Below are positions 48,483 to 58,832 of a stretch of DNA of 64,000 nucleotides, piece after piece (the stretch's first letter is position 1; every line of letters starts with the position of its first letter). Made by a program: the position numbers and the translations under genes. The notes beneath the pieces were generated by a model, which saw nothing but the letters and a program-made list of their open reading frames with translations, searched no databases and had not been told where the DNA came from. The stretch comes from Bacteroidota bacterium (lineage in GTDB: Bacteria > Bacteroidota > Bacteroidia > Chitinophagales > Chitinophagaceae), in contig JBANFS010000005.1 in assembly GCA_037975885.1 (NCBI GenBank), forward strand, positions 66,504 through 130,503. Direction: 5' to 3'.

Positions 48483-49616
48483 CTACACTTCAAAAAAATC
48501 TGCAGCAATTCCGTCTAAAAAAAATTTTCCTTGCGCCGTTGCTAACAAATAATCTCCTTGTTCAATTAATTGACCTTTGTCAATATAGGCGCTCGATATA
48601 TTTTTTGTTCTAGCTACAAATTCTTTACCAAATGTTTTTTCTAAATAAGTGTACGAACATCCTTCAATGGTTCGAAGGGATGTCATCATGTATTCGTTAT
48701 ACTGCGTAGACACCGATAATATTTCAGACTCAAACGGAACGGTATTATTTTCAATACTACTTATATATAGTGCATTGTTTGCAATATTCCACTGACGCGA
48801 GTTGCCTGTAAATGAATGTGCGGATGGGCCAATGCCTAAATATTTTTTTTGTTGCCAGTAACTGGTATTGTGTTTGCTTCTATAGCCGGGTAGTGCAAAG
48901 TTCGAAAACTCGTATTGTTCATAGCCCGCCTTGTTTGTACGCTCCATTAAGATATCAAAATGTGCCGCTTGTTTTGCAGTATCAATATCTTCTTTTGCAC
49001 CTTTTTGTATCAGTGCACTGAGCGCTGTTTTTGGTTCTACTGTTAAAGCATAACAGGATAAATGTTGCACTTCTAGTGCAACTGCCGTATCAATATTTTG
49101 TATCCAGTTGTTATGGGTGAGTGTAGGAATTCCATAAATAAGATCTATCGAAATATTGGATATCCCAACTTCTTGTGCCCCCTTTATGGCCTCTATGGCA
49201 GCATCGGATCTGTGCGCCCGGTTCATCCAAATAAGGTCTTCGTCAACAAAAGATTGCACACCCATGCTCAGTCTATTGATCCCCATAGATTTAAATGAGC
49301 TTAGTTTTTCTTTTGAAATATCATCAGGGTTTGCCTCAAGTGTAATTTCTACTGTTGGCGAAAGGGAAAAGTGCTTGTTAATGGTATCAAGGATATGCCC
49401 CGTATCTGGCGTGGGCAGTAGAGAAGGGGTTCCACCTCCAAAATAGATGGTATCAATAATAAGGTTGGGGTCTTCAAAAAAATGCTGTTGTAATTCAATT
49501 TCTTTGCAAATGGCTTGTACCATGGGATCTAACAATTTGGTAGAAGCGCTAAAATGAAAATTACAATAGTGGCAGGCCTGCTTGCAAAAAGGAATATGAA
49601 TATAAATGCCTGCCAT
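48483..49616 (-). CDS. hemW: Radical SAM heme chaperone HemW
   Basis: YIHIPFC...CHYC (CxxxCxxC), FGGGTPS, RLSMGVQSF and H(N)..YW motifs. Confidence 0.92.
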   Translation of the reverse strand: MAGIYIHIPFCKQACHYCNFHFSASTKLLDPMVQAICKEIELQQHFFEDPNLIIDTIYFGGGTPSLLPTPDTGHILDTINKHFSLSPTVEITLEANPDDISKEKLSSFKSMGINRLSMGVQSFVDEDLIWMNRAHRSDAAIEAIKGAQEVGISNISIDLIYGIPTLTHNNWIQNIDTAVALEVQHLSCYALTVEPKTALSALIQKGAKEDIDTAKQAAHFDILMERTNKAGYEQYEFSNFALPGYRSKHNTSYWQQKKYLGIGPSAHSFTGNSRQWNIANNALYISSIENNTVPFESEILSVSTQYNEYMMTSLRTIEGCSYTYLEKTFGKEFVARTKNISSAYIDKGQLIEQGDYLLATAQGKFFLDGIAADFFEV

Positions 49617-49632
49617 GTAAATGTTTATGTTG

Positions 49633-49640
49633 CAAATCTA
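49633..49640 (-). promoter_or_regulatory. -7 element (TAGATTTG) upstream of hemW
   Basis: Exact TAnnTTTG match. Confidence 0.5.
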
Positions 49641-49683
49641 CCAAATAGTTGCTACTATGCCGTTGATGTTAGACGAAGCTCCT

Positions 49684-49691
49684 TATTTTTG
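49684..49691 (+). promoter_or_regulatory. -7 element (TATTTTTG) 5 nt before the DUF4271 ATG
   Basis: Exact TAnnTTTG match. Confidence 0.5.
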
Positions 49692-49696
49692 TAACC

Positions 49697-50647
49697 ATGC
49701 AAATCCGTTATTTGTTCGTTCTGGTTGCTTTTTTGAGTGCATCGCTTTTGATGGGCTCTAGCTTGATGGCACAGCAAAATATGGATACTACTTTATTGCA
49801 GGATACTTCCTCCATGATGTCTTCCACAGACTCAGTGTATGCAGACAGTGTCAAAAGGGCATCTGATTCTTTATCTATGCTAGCCAAAAAAAAGGCAGTT
49901 ATAGATACAACCTCGTATCAGAAACTAATGACGCATCCATATTTGCCTATGCAAACAAAACCGTCTTTTAGAATTAATGAACTTCGCATTGCACCTAATT
50001 TTGATGGTCGTTTCTATTTACTTATAGGGATGCTTTTTTATTTGGCTTTTATCAAAGTCACATTTCCAAAGTATTTTTCCAATCTATTTCAACTTATTTT
50101 CCAAAGCCCAGTAAGACAAAAACAAACTAGAGAGCAATTGCAGCAAAATAATTTGGCGGCTCTGTTTAGTAATATTTTGTTTATTCTCAATGCCTCCATA
50201 TTTGTTTCGCTGTTGGCGGTTAAAAATGCTTGGGTAGATTTTTCATTGTATACCAGTATAGCCTATAGCGCTGCCCTCTTTGCAGGACTTTATGTATTCA
50301 AGTTCTTGTTTTTATGGTTCTCTGGTTGGCTATTTGGACAAACGGAGGCGATTGGCAATTATAGTTTTATCGTTTTTTTGACCAATAAAGTAATGGGTGT
50401 TTTTCTTATTCCTGCTATTTTGCTATTGGCATTTTCACCGATTTCTGTTCAGGATTTTGCCTATAATATTGCATTAATCGTCATCAGTATCTTATTTGTT
50501 TACAGGTATCTTATATCTTACTCTATTGTAAGGACCTCTTTGAAGGTGAGTGCCTTCCATTTTTTCTTGTACCTTTGCACCTGCGAAGTACTTCCTATGT
50601 TCGTTTTATACAAACTGACGATGGATTTTATTAGCGGAACTTTTTAA
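49697..50647 (+). CDS. DUF4271 family membrane protein
   Basis: Multi-TM C-terminal domain ending FHFFLYLCTCEVLP; position upstream of hemD as in Bacteroidota T9SS loci. Confidence 0.8.
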   Translation: MQIRYLFVLVAFLSASLLMGSSLMAQQNMDTTLLQDTSSMMSSTDSVYADSVKRASDSLSMLAKKKAVIDTTSYQKLMTHPYLPMQTKPSFRINELRIAPNFDGRFYLLIGMLFYLAFIKVTFPKYFSNLFQLIFQSPVRQKQTREQLQQNNLAALFSNILFILNASIFVSLLAVKNAWVDFSLYTSIAYSAALFAGLYVFKFLFLWFSGWLFGQTEAIGNYSFIVFLTNKVMGVFLIPAILLLAFSPISVQDFAYNIALIVISILFVYRYLISYSIVRTSLKVSAFHFFLYLCTCEVLPMFVLYKLTMDFISGTF

Positions 50648-50652
50648 CTTTG
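50645..50652 (+). promoter_or_regulatory. -7 element (TAACTTTG) overlapping the DUF4271 stop, upstream of hemD
   Basis: Exact TAnnTTTG match. Confidence 0.45.
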
Positions 50653-50672
50653 CACAACCTTAGATAAGTAGC

Positions 50673-51476
50673 ATGGCAAAAATCGGATCAAAAACTGGGA
50701 CAGCTGTTAAGGCAGCCACTACAAAAAGAATTTTAATTTCTCAGCCAAAACCGGAAAGTGATAAATCTCCATATTACGATTTAGAGCGTAAGTACCAGGT
50801 TGAACTCGTGTTCCATCCTTTTATTAAATTAGATGGTATTCCTGCTAAAGAATTTAGAAAACAAAAAATTGATATCGCTGCTTATACAGGCGTCATTTTC
50901 ACGAGCAGAAATGCGATTGATCATTTCTTTCGCACCGCAGAGGAAATGAAAGCTACTATCAGTCAAGACACAAAGTACTTTTGTATTACGGAGGCTGTTG
51001 CACTTTATTTACAAAAATTTATTTTATACAGAAAGCGTAAAGTATTTTACGGCGCAGACGGCTCGACTAAAAGCATGCTTGATGTTATCAATAAGCACAA
51101 AGAGAATGAAAAATTCCTCTATGTATGTAGTGAAAATCAGCAAGACAATGATATTTGCGGCTGGCTTAAACTGCACAAATGCAGTTTTGATTTAGCATTC
51201 ATGTACCGTAGTATCAGCAATGATATTACCCCTTTATTTGCAAAAAAGGGTTTCGAAATAATTTGCTTTTTTACCCCTAGTGGCGTAAAAAGTTTGTTTG
51301 ATAATTTCCCAGACTTTAAACAAAACAAAGTGATCATCGGCGCTTTTGGTAGCAATACTTCTAAAGCAGTAGAAGATGCTAATCTTCGTTTAGATATTAA
51401 AGCACCAGTTCCTCAAAGACCAAGCTTAGTAGCCGCTTTAGACCACTATTTGCAATCCCTTGTCGCAAAAAAATAA
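50673..51476 (+). CDS. hemD: Uroporphyrinogen-III synthase
   Basis: [34 protein letters not shown] and AFG..T motifs. Confidence 0.88.
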   Translation: MAKIGSKTGTAVKAATTKRILISQPKPESDKSPYYDLERKYQVELVFHPFIKLDGIPAKEFRKQKIDIAAYTGVIFTSRNAIDHFFRTAEEMKATISQDTKYFCITEAVALYLQKFILYRKRKVFYGADGSTKSMLDVINKHKENEKFLYVCSENQQDNDICGWLKLHKCSFDLAFMYRSISNDITPLFAKKGFEIICFFTPSGVKSLFDNFPDFKQNKVIIGAFGSNTSKAVEDANLRLDIKAPVPQRPSLVAALDHYLQSLVAKK

Positions 51477-51481
51477 TCTTT

Positions 51482-53539
51482 TTGCAAACGAATCATTCTA
51501 CGCCTAATTTATTAATAAAGGAAACCAGTCCTTACCTGCTTCAACACGCGTATAATCCTGTGGAGTGGCATCCTTGGGGAGAAGACGCTTTACAACTTGC
51601 TAAAGATTTAGATAAACCAATTTTAGTGAGTATTGGTTATGCAGCCTGTCATTGGTGTCATGTCATGGAACGTGAAAGTTTTGAAGATTTGGCTACTGCC
51701 AAAATCATGAATGATCACTTTATTAATATTAAAATTGATAGAGAAGAAAGGCCCGACCTGGATCATATTTATATGGATGCCGTACAAGCCATGACAGGAA
51801 GTGGGGGTTGGCCGCTCAATGTTTTTTTGACGCCCGATAAAAAACCTTTTTACGGAGGTACTTATTTTCCACCCGAACCCATGCACAATAGGGCGAGTTG
51901 GAAAGATGTATTGCTAGGTGTGTCAAAAGGCTTTAAAGAAAATAGAGATCAGATTGATGCGCAGGCAGATAAGCTAACGCAGCACTTGTTAAGTTCTAAC
52001 GGATTTGGATTTCAAAATAACAATACGGGGGCAGGTCCTGCACTTAGTGATATGGATGCTGCGGTTTCTGCGCTACTTTCGCAAGGGGACTCAGTTTGGG
52101 GTGGCTTTGGCGGCGCCCCTAAATTTCCGCAAACAGCTTCTATTCGTTTTTTATTGAAATATCATTTTTTCAATCCAACGCATGAAAATTCATTGGCGCA
52201 TGCGCTGCTATGTTTGGATAAAATGATGGAAGGCGGCATTTATGATCAATTGGGCGGCGGATTTTCACGGTATAGTACCGACGTGCAGTGGCTCGCACCT
52301 CACTTCGAAAAAATGTTATACGATAACGCACTTATTGTAACTACATTATCAGAAGCCTATCAACTAACAAAAAAAGAATCTTACCGTAAAGCCATTACTG
52401 AAACACTTCAATTTGTTGAAAGAGAATTAATGGACTCTGATGGCGGTTTTTATAGTGCACTTGATGCGGATAGTGAAGGAGTGGAAGGAAAATTTTATAC
52501 ATGGTCCGCAGCAGAAATCACTCAGTTTCTAAAAAATGATGCACCACTATTTATGGCGTATTATGGGGTAACGGAAGCTGGTAATTGGGAGCACACCAAT
52601 ATTTTACATACACCAAAGACTGCAGGCATTGTAGCGCAAAGCTTTGGTATTACTGAATCTGAACTATTATCAACGATTCAAAATTGCAATGCTGTTTTGA
52701 TGGTGGAGCGAAACAAAAGAGTTCGACCTCAAACAGACGACAAACAATTACTAGGTTGGAATGCGCTCATGAATACGGCTTTTAGTAAAGCCTATGCCGC
52801 AACGGGAAATAAAAATTATTTAATACGTGCGCAAAAAAATATGGCGCACCTATTTGAATGTTTCAAAGATTCAAATGGTGATGGTTGGCTACACACTTAT
52901 AAAAATGGTCAAGCAAAAACACCTGCTTTTTTAGATGATTATGCGTATTTGATTGAGGCGCTCATTCAACTACAAATCGTATCTGGTGATTTTTATTGGC
53001 TTGAAAAAGCGGGTGAAATCACAGATTATGTGAATGAGCATTTCCTAGAATCTAGCACTGGATTTTATTTTTATACCCATGATGCACAAACCGATGTTAT
53101 TCTAAGAAAAAAAGAGGTGTACGATGGGGCTACCCCCAGCGGGAACGCGGTTATGGCTAGTAATTTGCTTCATTTAAGTGTCGTATACGGCAGCGACAAG
53201 TATTTGTCCCTAAGTAAAAAGACTTGTCAATCCCTTTTACCTGCTATAGCCAAACATCCGGGTTCCTTTGGTGTTTGGGCCGGCGTTGTCTACAATCAGG
53301 TGGTTGGATTGAGGGAGTTGACCCTCATTGGACCAGGTGTTTTGCCTTACCTGGAGGCAGCGCTTCCCCTGTATCGACCTAATTTAATCTTAAATATTTC
53401 AGAAAATCGGTCAAAAAGCATTTCGGCGATTTCCGATAAATTAATTGATAATCAACAAGTTACGTTTCAAGTCTGTGAAAATTATGCCTGCCAGCTCCAT
53501 CAACTCACTGATTTTGACAGTTTTTTAGCAATTGTGTAA
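51482..53539 (+). CDS. YyaL/SPATA20-like protein (DUF255 thioredoxin domain plus helical-barrel domain), TTG start
   Basis: [61 protein letters not shown] and DDYA motifs. Confidence 0.92.
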   Translation: MQTNHSTPNLLIKETSPYLLQHAYNPVEWHPWGEDALQLAKDLDKPILVSIGYAACHWCHVMERESFEDLATAKIMNDHFINIKIDREERPDLDHIYMDAVQAMTGSGGWPLNVFLTPDKKPFYGGTYFPPEPMHNRASWKDVLLGVSKGFKENRDQIDAQADKLTQHLLSSNGFGFQNNNTGAGPALSDMDAAVSALLSQGDSVWGGFGGAPKFPQTASIRFLLKYHFFNPTHENSLAHALLCLDKMMEGGIYDQLGGGFSRYSTDVQWLAPHFEKMLYDNALIVTTLSEAYQLTKKESYRKAITETLQFVERELMDSDGGFYSALDADSEGVEGKFYTWSAAEITQFLKNDAPLFMAYYGVTEAGNWEHTNILHTPKTAGIVAQSFGITESELLSTIQNCNAVLMVERNKRVRPQTDDKQLLGWNALMNTAFSKAYAATGNKNYLIRAQKNMAHLFECFKDSNGDGWLHTYKNGQAKTPAFLDDYAYLIEALIQLQIVSGDFYWLEKAGEITDYVNEHFLESSTGFYFYTHDAQTDVILRKKEVYDGATPSGNAVMASNLLHLSVVYGSDKYLSLSKKTCQSLLPAIAKHPGSFGVWAGVVYNQVVGLRELTLIGPGVLPYLEAALPLYRPNLILNISENRSKSISAISDKLIDNQQVTFQVCENYACQLHQLTDFDSFLAIV

Positions 53540-53693
53540 CTGGGAATCAACTATTTTGCACTTCGGTTTTAGCCAATCCCCCGGCAAAACAGTGTAACAT
53601 TAAACAAAAAATTACTGGATAGAATTTTACCCTGGATCTCTAAATTTATTGGTTTTAAAGCGCTAAAACTCAGGTTTCTGACGTTTCAAAACT

Positions 53694-53701
53694 TATATTT
53701 G
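53694..53701 (+). promoter_or_regulatory. -7 element (TATATTTG) upstream of gldK
   Basis: Exact TAnnTTTG match 26 nt before the ATG. Confidence 0.55.
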
Positions 53702-53727
53702 TCACTGTTATAAATCACACAGATCAG

Positions 53728-55008
53728 ATGAAAGGATATTTAACTACAATTACCTTGGCGTTTTTTACGTTGAGTTTGACTTCTTGCTTCTTTGGAAAAA
53801 ACAAAGGTAAGGGGCTTCCTGATGACGGGCAGTTACATGGCGTTGCTCCTTCAGCCAAGCAAAGCATGTTAACACCAAGGACCATGGTATACGTTCCGCC
53901 CGGAACTTTTCACATGGGCCCAAGTGATGAAGACGTTAGTTTTAATTACAGCAATCGTAATAGAATGGTGTCTATTCCTGGTTTTTGGATGGATGCTACA
54001 GAAATCACCAACAACCATTATCGTCAGTTCGTAAACTGGGTTCGTGATTCACTTGCTTACAAAATTACTTCTGGTGTAGGACTCAACAATCCTTCAGATA
54101 CCACAGCGGTAAATTGGAAAAAAGTGGCTTTATACAAATACGATAACAAGCAACTAGGCACGTTAAATGGTCTTACATACGAAAACGCACTGACTAGAAA
54201 ATTGGCCATCGATCCAGATAGTTTAATTTACAGAGTTCGTTATTTTGACTTACCTGCTGCTGCAAAAATCAATAAAAACGATCCTACTCAAAAAGGTCGT
54301 GATCAAATTGTGAGTTATGCAGTGCCTGTATATCCAGATACCTTGGTTTGGATCAGAGACTTCTCTTATTCTTACAACGAGCCTTTAGCAAAAAGATATT
54401 ACGCGCATCCGGCATACGGTAACTACCCTGTAGTTGGTGTTACTTGGAAACAATCGGTTGCATTTTGTCATTGGAGAACGCATATTCAAAATGCTGATTT
54501 TGAAAAAAAGAAAATTGCTGTGGATGGTGATTATAGATTGCCAAATGAAGCAGAGTGGGAATACGCAGCAAGAGGCGGTCGTACCAGTACGATGTTCCCT
54601 TGGGGTTCTCCTTACTTAAGAAACAAAAAGGGTTGTTTGCTTGCAAACTTTAAGCCTGGTAGAGGTAACTATCCAGAAGATGGTGGTTTTTACACAGTTA
54701 AAGCAAATGCATACTGGCCTAACGATTTTGGTTTATACAATATGTCAGGGAACGTTGCAGAATGGACAGCGTCTTATTTCTACGAAGGCTCTTACAATTT
54801 CATGTCTGACTTAAGTCCGGATGTTAGAATTGAAGCCGATGAAAATGATCCTCCAAGAATGAAGCGTAAAGTAGTTAGAGGCGGTAGCTGGAAAGACGTT
54901 GGTAACGCTTTACAAGTGAGTGCGCGTGCTTACGAATACCAAGACACAGCAAAATCTTATATCGGCTTTAGAACCGTTATTGATTTAGCACCAAGAACAA
55001 AAAGATAA
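53728..55008 (+). CDS. gldK: T9SS/gliding ring lipoprotein GldK (PorK)
   Basis: Lipobox LTSC; FGE-like fold (YPVVGVTW, RLPNEAEWEYAARGG, GLYNMSGNVAEW); first gene of gldKLMN. Confidence 0.9.
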   Translation: MKGYLTTITLAFFTLSLTSCFFGKNKGKGLPDDGQLHGVAPSAKQSMLTPRTMVYVPPGTFHMGPSDEDVSFNYSNRNRMVSIPGFWMDATEITNNHYRQFVNWVRDSLAYKITSGVGLNNPSDTTAVNWKKVALYKYDNKQLGTLNGLTYENALTRKLAIDPDSLIYRVRYFDLPAAAKINKNDPTQKGRDQIVSYAVPVYPDTLVWIRDFSYSYNEPLAKRYYAHPAYGNYPVVGVTWKQSVAFCHWRTHIQNADFEKKKIAVDGDYRLPNEAEWEYAARGGRTSTMFPWGSPYLRNKKGCLLANFKPGRGNYPEDGGFYTVKANAYWPNDFGLYNMSGNVAEWTASYFYEGSYNFMSDLSPDVRIEADENDPPRMKRKVVRGGSWKDVGNALQVSARAYEYQDTAKSYIGFRTVIDLAPRTKR

Positions 55009-55059
55009 TTCCATTACAAAATATTCATTTCAACTTTTTAATTCATAAAAATCTAAACC

Positions 55060-55863
55060 ATGTCTTCAGTTCAACCAAAAACAATCAGTCTACTTGGATT
55101 ACAAGTTCCAGAAAAACAAACCATGAAACTTGTAAACATTTTTGTATGTACCGGTGCATCTGTCGTAATTTTTGGTGCAATGGCAAAAATTCTTCACTTA
55201 TCATGGGCAGATTGGGCGCTTAAAATTGGTTTAACAACAGAGGCAATTATCTTCTTGATTTACGCTATTTTACCTCCAGAGGGACATGCAACTCCACCAG
55301 AAGGTGATAAAAATGGCGGCTCAATTACTACTTCTGTAGCAACTGAAATGGTAAAAAAATTCGATGAAATATTTGCCAACGCAGGTTTAACACAAGAAAA
55401 TTTATCTAAGCTTAGCACGAGCTTTCAAAAATTAGGCACTACTGTTGATCAAATTGGTCAGATTGGTGATGTGGTAAAATCTACTTCAGATTTTTCTGCT
55501 AAAACAAATGAAGCGGCTATCGCGCTTGGTTCTATCAAAGACGCTGCAACCAAAGCAACTGATTCTTTAGGAAGTATTTCTTTAGCTTCAGATAGCACTA
55601 ACGAATACCACAAACAAGTACAAGGATTAGCTAAAAACTTAGGTTCATTAAATACTATTTATGAACTTGAATTACAAGAAAGCAACAACCATCTGAAAGC
55701 ACTTAACCAGTTCTATGGCAAATTAGCGCAAGCTTCTGAAGCAATGAACGGTACTGCAGAAGATGCATTAAAAGCAAAAGAACAAATTGGTGCCCTTGCT
55801 AATAATTTGGGTAAATTAAATCAAGTATACGGTAACATGTTAACTGCGATGCAGGGTAGATAG
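55060..55863 (+). CDS. gldL: T9SS/gliding motor subunit GldL (PorL)
   Basis: Two N-terminal TMs (GASVVIFGA.AKILH; GLTTEAIIF with the conserved Glu), coiled coil, C-terminal VYGNMLTAM. Confidence 0.92.
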   Translation: MSSVQPKTISLLGLQVPEKQTMKLVNIFVCTGASVVIFGAMAKILHLSWADWALKIGLTTEAIIFLIYAILPPEGHATPPEGDKNGGSITTSVATEMVKKFDEIFANAGLTQENLSKLSTSFQKLGTTVDQIGQIGDVVKSTSDFSAKTNEAAIALGSIKDAATKATDSLGSISLASDSTNEYHKQVQGLAKNLGSLNTIYELELQESNNHLKALNQFYGKLAQASEAMNGTAEDALKAKEQIGALANNLGKLNQVYGNMLTAMQGR

Positions 55864-55917
55864 TAACCAACCAAGATTTAAAACTCATTATTAATAAGAC
55901 TACCTAAATAGTACAAT

Positions 55918-57489
55918 ATGTCACTACCTAAGGAACCGCGACAGAAAATGATTAACATGATGTACCTAGTGCTTACTGCACTATTGGCACTGAATGTTTC
56001 GGCCGAAATTTTAAACGCTTTTAAAACCGTAGATCGCAGTTTGATGATTGCGAGTGCGCAAGCTGACAAGCAAAATACACAAGCATTTAGATATTTCGAA
56101 GAATGGGCAAAGGACCCTGCTAAACAAGCTCAAGCAGCTTACTACGAACAATTTGCGAAGCAAGCTAAATTTTTGTCTGAAGATGTTTATAATTACATCG
56201 AAGGACTTAAAGCTGACCTAAAAAAGGAGTCTGGTCTCAAAATTGTTGACGGAAAAGAAGAATATAAAGAGGATGATTTAGATGCTGGAACTCGTTTATT
56301 AGTTGAAGAGGCACCTGAAGGAAAAGGAAAAGGAAAAGAGCTTTTTGAAAAATTGAAAAAATATAAAGAACAACTTTTGCAGATTAATGACTCCATGAGA
56401 GCTGATATCGAAACAGGCTTGCCGATTGATTTAACTATTCCTCCTACTGCAAGTGAAGCAGGAAAAAATAATTGGGCTTACTCTTATTTTCATATGACGC
56501 CTACTATTGCAGCTGTTACGATTTTAAGTAAATTCCAAAACGACGTCAGAAACTCAGAAGCAAAAGCTGTTGAATATTTTCTGAAAAAAGTAGGAAGTTT
56601 GCCTAATCCCCCAACTGATCAAAGTGTTATTGTTTTGGGTAGTGCATCTAAATTATACCCAGGCGAAGAGTTAGTAATCACTGCTGGTGTAGGAGCATTT
56701 AGTAAGTCTGCTTTGCCAAGTGTCTCAGTAGATGGAGCATCTGCACCCGTTAATAGTAGTGGTGTTGCCGAATATAAGTTAACTGCTGGCGGACCAGGAA
56801 CTTACAGTAAAAAAGTAACAGTAACTTATAAAGATTTAAAAGGCTTAACCCAAACTGAAAGCAAAGTTGTTGAATATACTGTTGGCGTTGCTGCTGGATT
56901 AACTGTTTCTACAGATAAAACAAGAGTTTTTTATGTTGGGTTAGATAATCCTCTTAGTGTAACCGGTGCAGGTGGTTCGACTAAATTAAGTGTAAATGTC
57001 ACAGGCCCTGTTACTTTAGCAAATACACAAGTTGCAGGTTCTTACATTATTAAGGCAACTGCAGCTGGTATGGCAACCCTAACTGTAAGTGATGGACAAT
57101 CAAAACCACAAGTGATAAAAATTCCTGTTAAAAGAATTCCGGACCCAACTCCAAAATTGATTGGCGGAGGTGGGACCTATTTAACCGGCGGGGCAATCAG
57201 TTTAGGTAATTTTCAAACTGTACCTGGTTTTGCTCAAGCCTCTCCAATGGACTTTGTATTTGAAGGAGTAAATTTCCAAGTAGTAAAATATACAATGATA
57301 TGCAGTGGCGGGAAAAATTTCTCAATGTCATTAGGCAAAGGCACCTTTAATGGAGCTTCATTTGCTAGCGCACAATCATTAATAAGTAACTGTACTAAAG
57401 GAACAACTGTGGTATTTACTGACATTGTCGTACAAGGACCAGATGGAACAAGGAAACTAAACCAAGATTTAACTTTTGTACTATTATAA
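55918..57489 (+). CDS. gldM: T9SS/gliding motor subunit GldM (PorM)
   Basis: PRQKMINMMYLVLTALLALNVSAEIL TM motif; periplasmic Ig-like domains. Confidence 0.94.
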   Translation: MSLPKEPRQKMINMMYLVLTALLALNVSAEILNAFKTVDRSLMIASAQADKQNTQAFRYFEEWAKDPAKQAQAAYYEQFAKQAKFLSEDVYNYIEGLKADLKKESGLKIVDGKEEYKEDDLDAGTRLLVEEAPEGKGKGKELFEKLKKYKEQLLQINDSMRADIETGLPIDLTIPPTASEAGKNNWAYSYFHMTPTIAAVTILSKFQNDVRNSEAKAVEYFLKKVGSLPNPPTDQSVIVLGSASKLYPGEELVITAGVGAFSKSALPSVSVDGASAPVNSSGVAEYKLTAGGPGTYSKKVTVTYKDLKGLTQTESKVVEYTVGVAAGLTVSTDKTRVFYVGLDNPLSVTGAGGSTKLSVNVTGPVTLANTQVAGSYIIKATAAGMATLTVSDGQSKPQVIKIPVKRIPDPTPKLIGGGGTYLTGGAISLGNFQTVPGFAQASPMDFVFEGVNFQVVKYTMICSGGKNFSMSLGKGTFNGASFASAQSLISNCTKGTTVVFTDIVVQGPDGTRKLNQDLTFVLL

Positions 57490-57499
57490 TTTATAAGTC

Positions 57500-58783
57500 A
57501 TGAAAAAAAATGCATTTGGATTTTGCATACTTCTCTTAATAAGTTTTCAATCTATTTCACAAGGTTGGGGAGGTCTAGGGAATGGAGGTAATAATTCATC
57601 TACTGTAAAAAATACATCAGGTGAATTATATTATCAGCTAAGAACCACTTCGAGCCCTTCAATGCCTAGTGCTGTTTCTTATAATTTTGCAAATCAAACT
57701 TTCAGATCTCTAAGTCCTAATTGGAAAACAACGCCGCCGGCTGCATTTACTGATTATTGGATCTCTAAATTTGTAGTAACTGAAACAAATATTGGCGGTG
57801 GTGTTGGTGTGCCTCAGTTTGAGACACCTACATTAAGAACCAATCTTCAGCCGACTACTGCTGCTCAAGCAGCTACTGTAACGGGAACTGTTAGAGATTT
57901 GACTTTAGATGGTGGTGAAGCTGACAAGAAAGTGCTTAAATCATTACGTGGTGAATATGTTAATGATAACTTTAAATTAAGTGATTCCGCTAAAAATTTT
58001 AATCGAAAAATTAAACCATTAGAATACGAGTATTTAAGAGAAGACGATTGGATTTTCTCCGAGTTTATTTGGCGCGAAATTGACGCTAGAGAAAAAATGA
58101 ATCAAGCATTTATGTATCCTGGCGTTGATAACACTGGGGATCAGAGATTCTTATCTATATTACTTAATTCTATTAAAAACGATAGTGTATGGGCATTTGA
58201 TCCAGTTGGCGAAGGCGATCGATTTACAAAGAGAATTTTTTATGATGAAATTGCTGAAAGAATAAATGGACCTAAAGCAAAAAAAATCATTACTGAAGAC
58301 CCAGATAGACCTGGGGTAGTTGTAAATGACGTTGTTTACTATTATGATAGAACTCAGGGGTTAGATATTGACTCTGTTTATACTTTTAGATTAAAAGAGC
58401 AATGGATTGTTGATAAGGAATCTAGTAGACTTTATTGTAGAATAATCGGCATTTGTCCAGTTGCCACAATAACTGACGTAGATAAGGTGACAGGAAAAAA
58501 AGTTCAATCTAAGCAAGACCTTTTTTGGGTTTATTACCCAGATTTGAGAAATAGTTTAATTACAAAAAAGGTGTACAATCCAAAAAACTATGCGGGCCGT
58601 ATGACATGGGAAGAGCTTTTTGAAAGCCGTTTCTTCTCAAGTTATATTGTAAAATCTAGCAATAACAATCCAAAGAGTAAGTATTTACAAGAATTAATTA
58701 AGAACCCACTCTTTAGATTGTTAGAAGGTGAAAATATTAAAGAAAGAATTTTCAATTACGAACAAGACTTATGGTCTTACTAA
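57500..58783 (+). CDS. gldN: T9SS/gliding ring protein GldN (PorN), with N-terminal extension
   Basis: LEYEYLREDD..F...IWREID, IIGICP, LFWVYYP and RFFSSYIVK motifs; ends IFNYEQDLWSY. Confidence 0.9.
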   Translation: MKKNAFGFCILLLISFQSISQGWGGLGNGGNNSSTVKNTSGELYYQLRTTSSPSMPSAVSYNFANQTFRSLSPNWKTTPPAAFTDYWISKFVVTETNIGGGVGVPQFETPTLRTNLQPTTAAQAATVTGTVRDLTLDGGEADKKVLKSLRGEYVNDNFKLSDSAKNFNRKIKPLEYEYLREDDWIFSEFIWREIDAREKMNQAFMYPGVDNTGDQRFLSILLNSIKNDSVWAFDPVGEGDRFTKRIFYDEIAERINGPKAKKIITEDPDRPGVVVNDVVYYYDRTQGLDIDSVYTFRLKEQWIVDKESSRLYCRIIGICPVATITDVDKVTGKKVQSKQDLFWVYYPDLRNSLITKKVYNPKNYAGRMTWEELFESRFFSSYIVKSSNNNPKSKYLQELIKNPLFRLLEGENIKERIFNYEQDLWSY

Positions 58784-58800
58784 TTGTAAAACATCTTAAT

Positions 58801-58832
58801 AAAAAAAGGGACTTTTCAAGTCCCTTTTTTTA
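58801..58832. terminator. Bidirectional intrinsic terminator between gldN and uvrC
   Basis: AAAAAAAGGGACT-tttca-AGTCCCTTTTTTT: GC stem with A and T tracts on both sides, between convergent genes. Confidence 0.85.

Noticed and set aside
53728-55008. GldK as a formylglycine-generating (SUMF1) enzyme serving DUF1501/sulfatases
   Set aside because: The FGE fold is expected for GldK; the lipobox and position before gldLMN identify it as the structural ring protein
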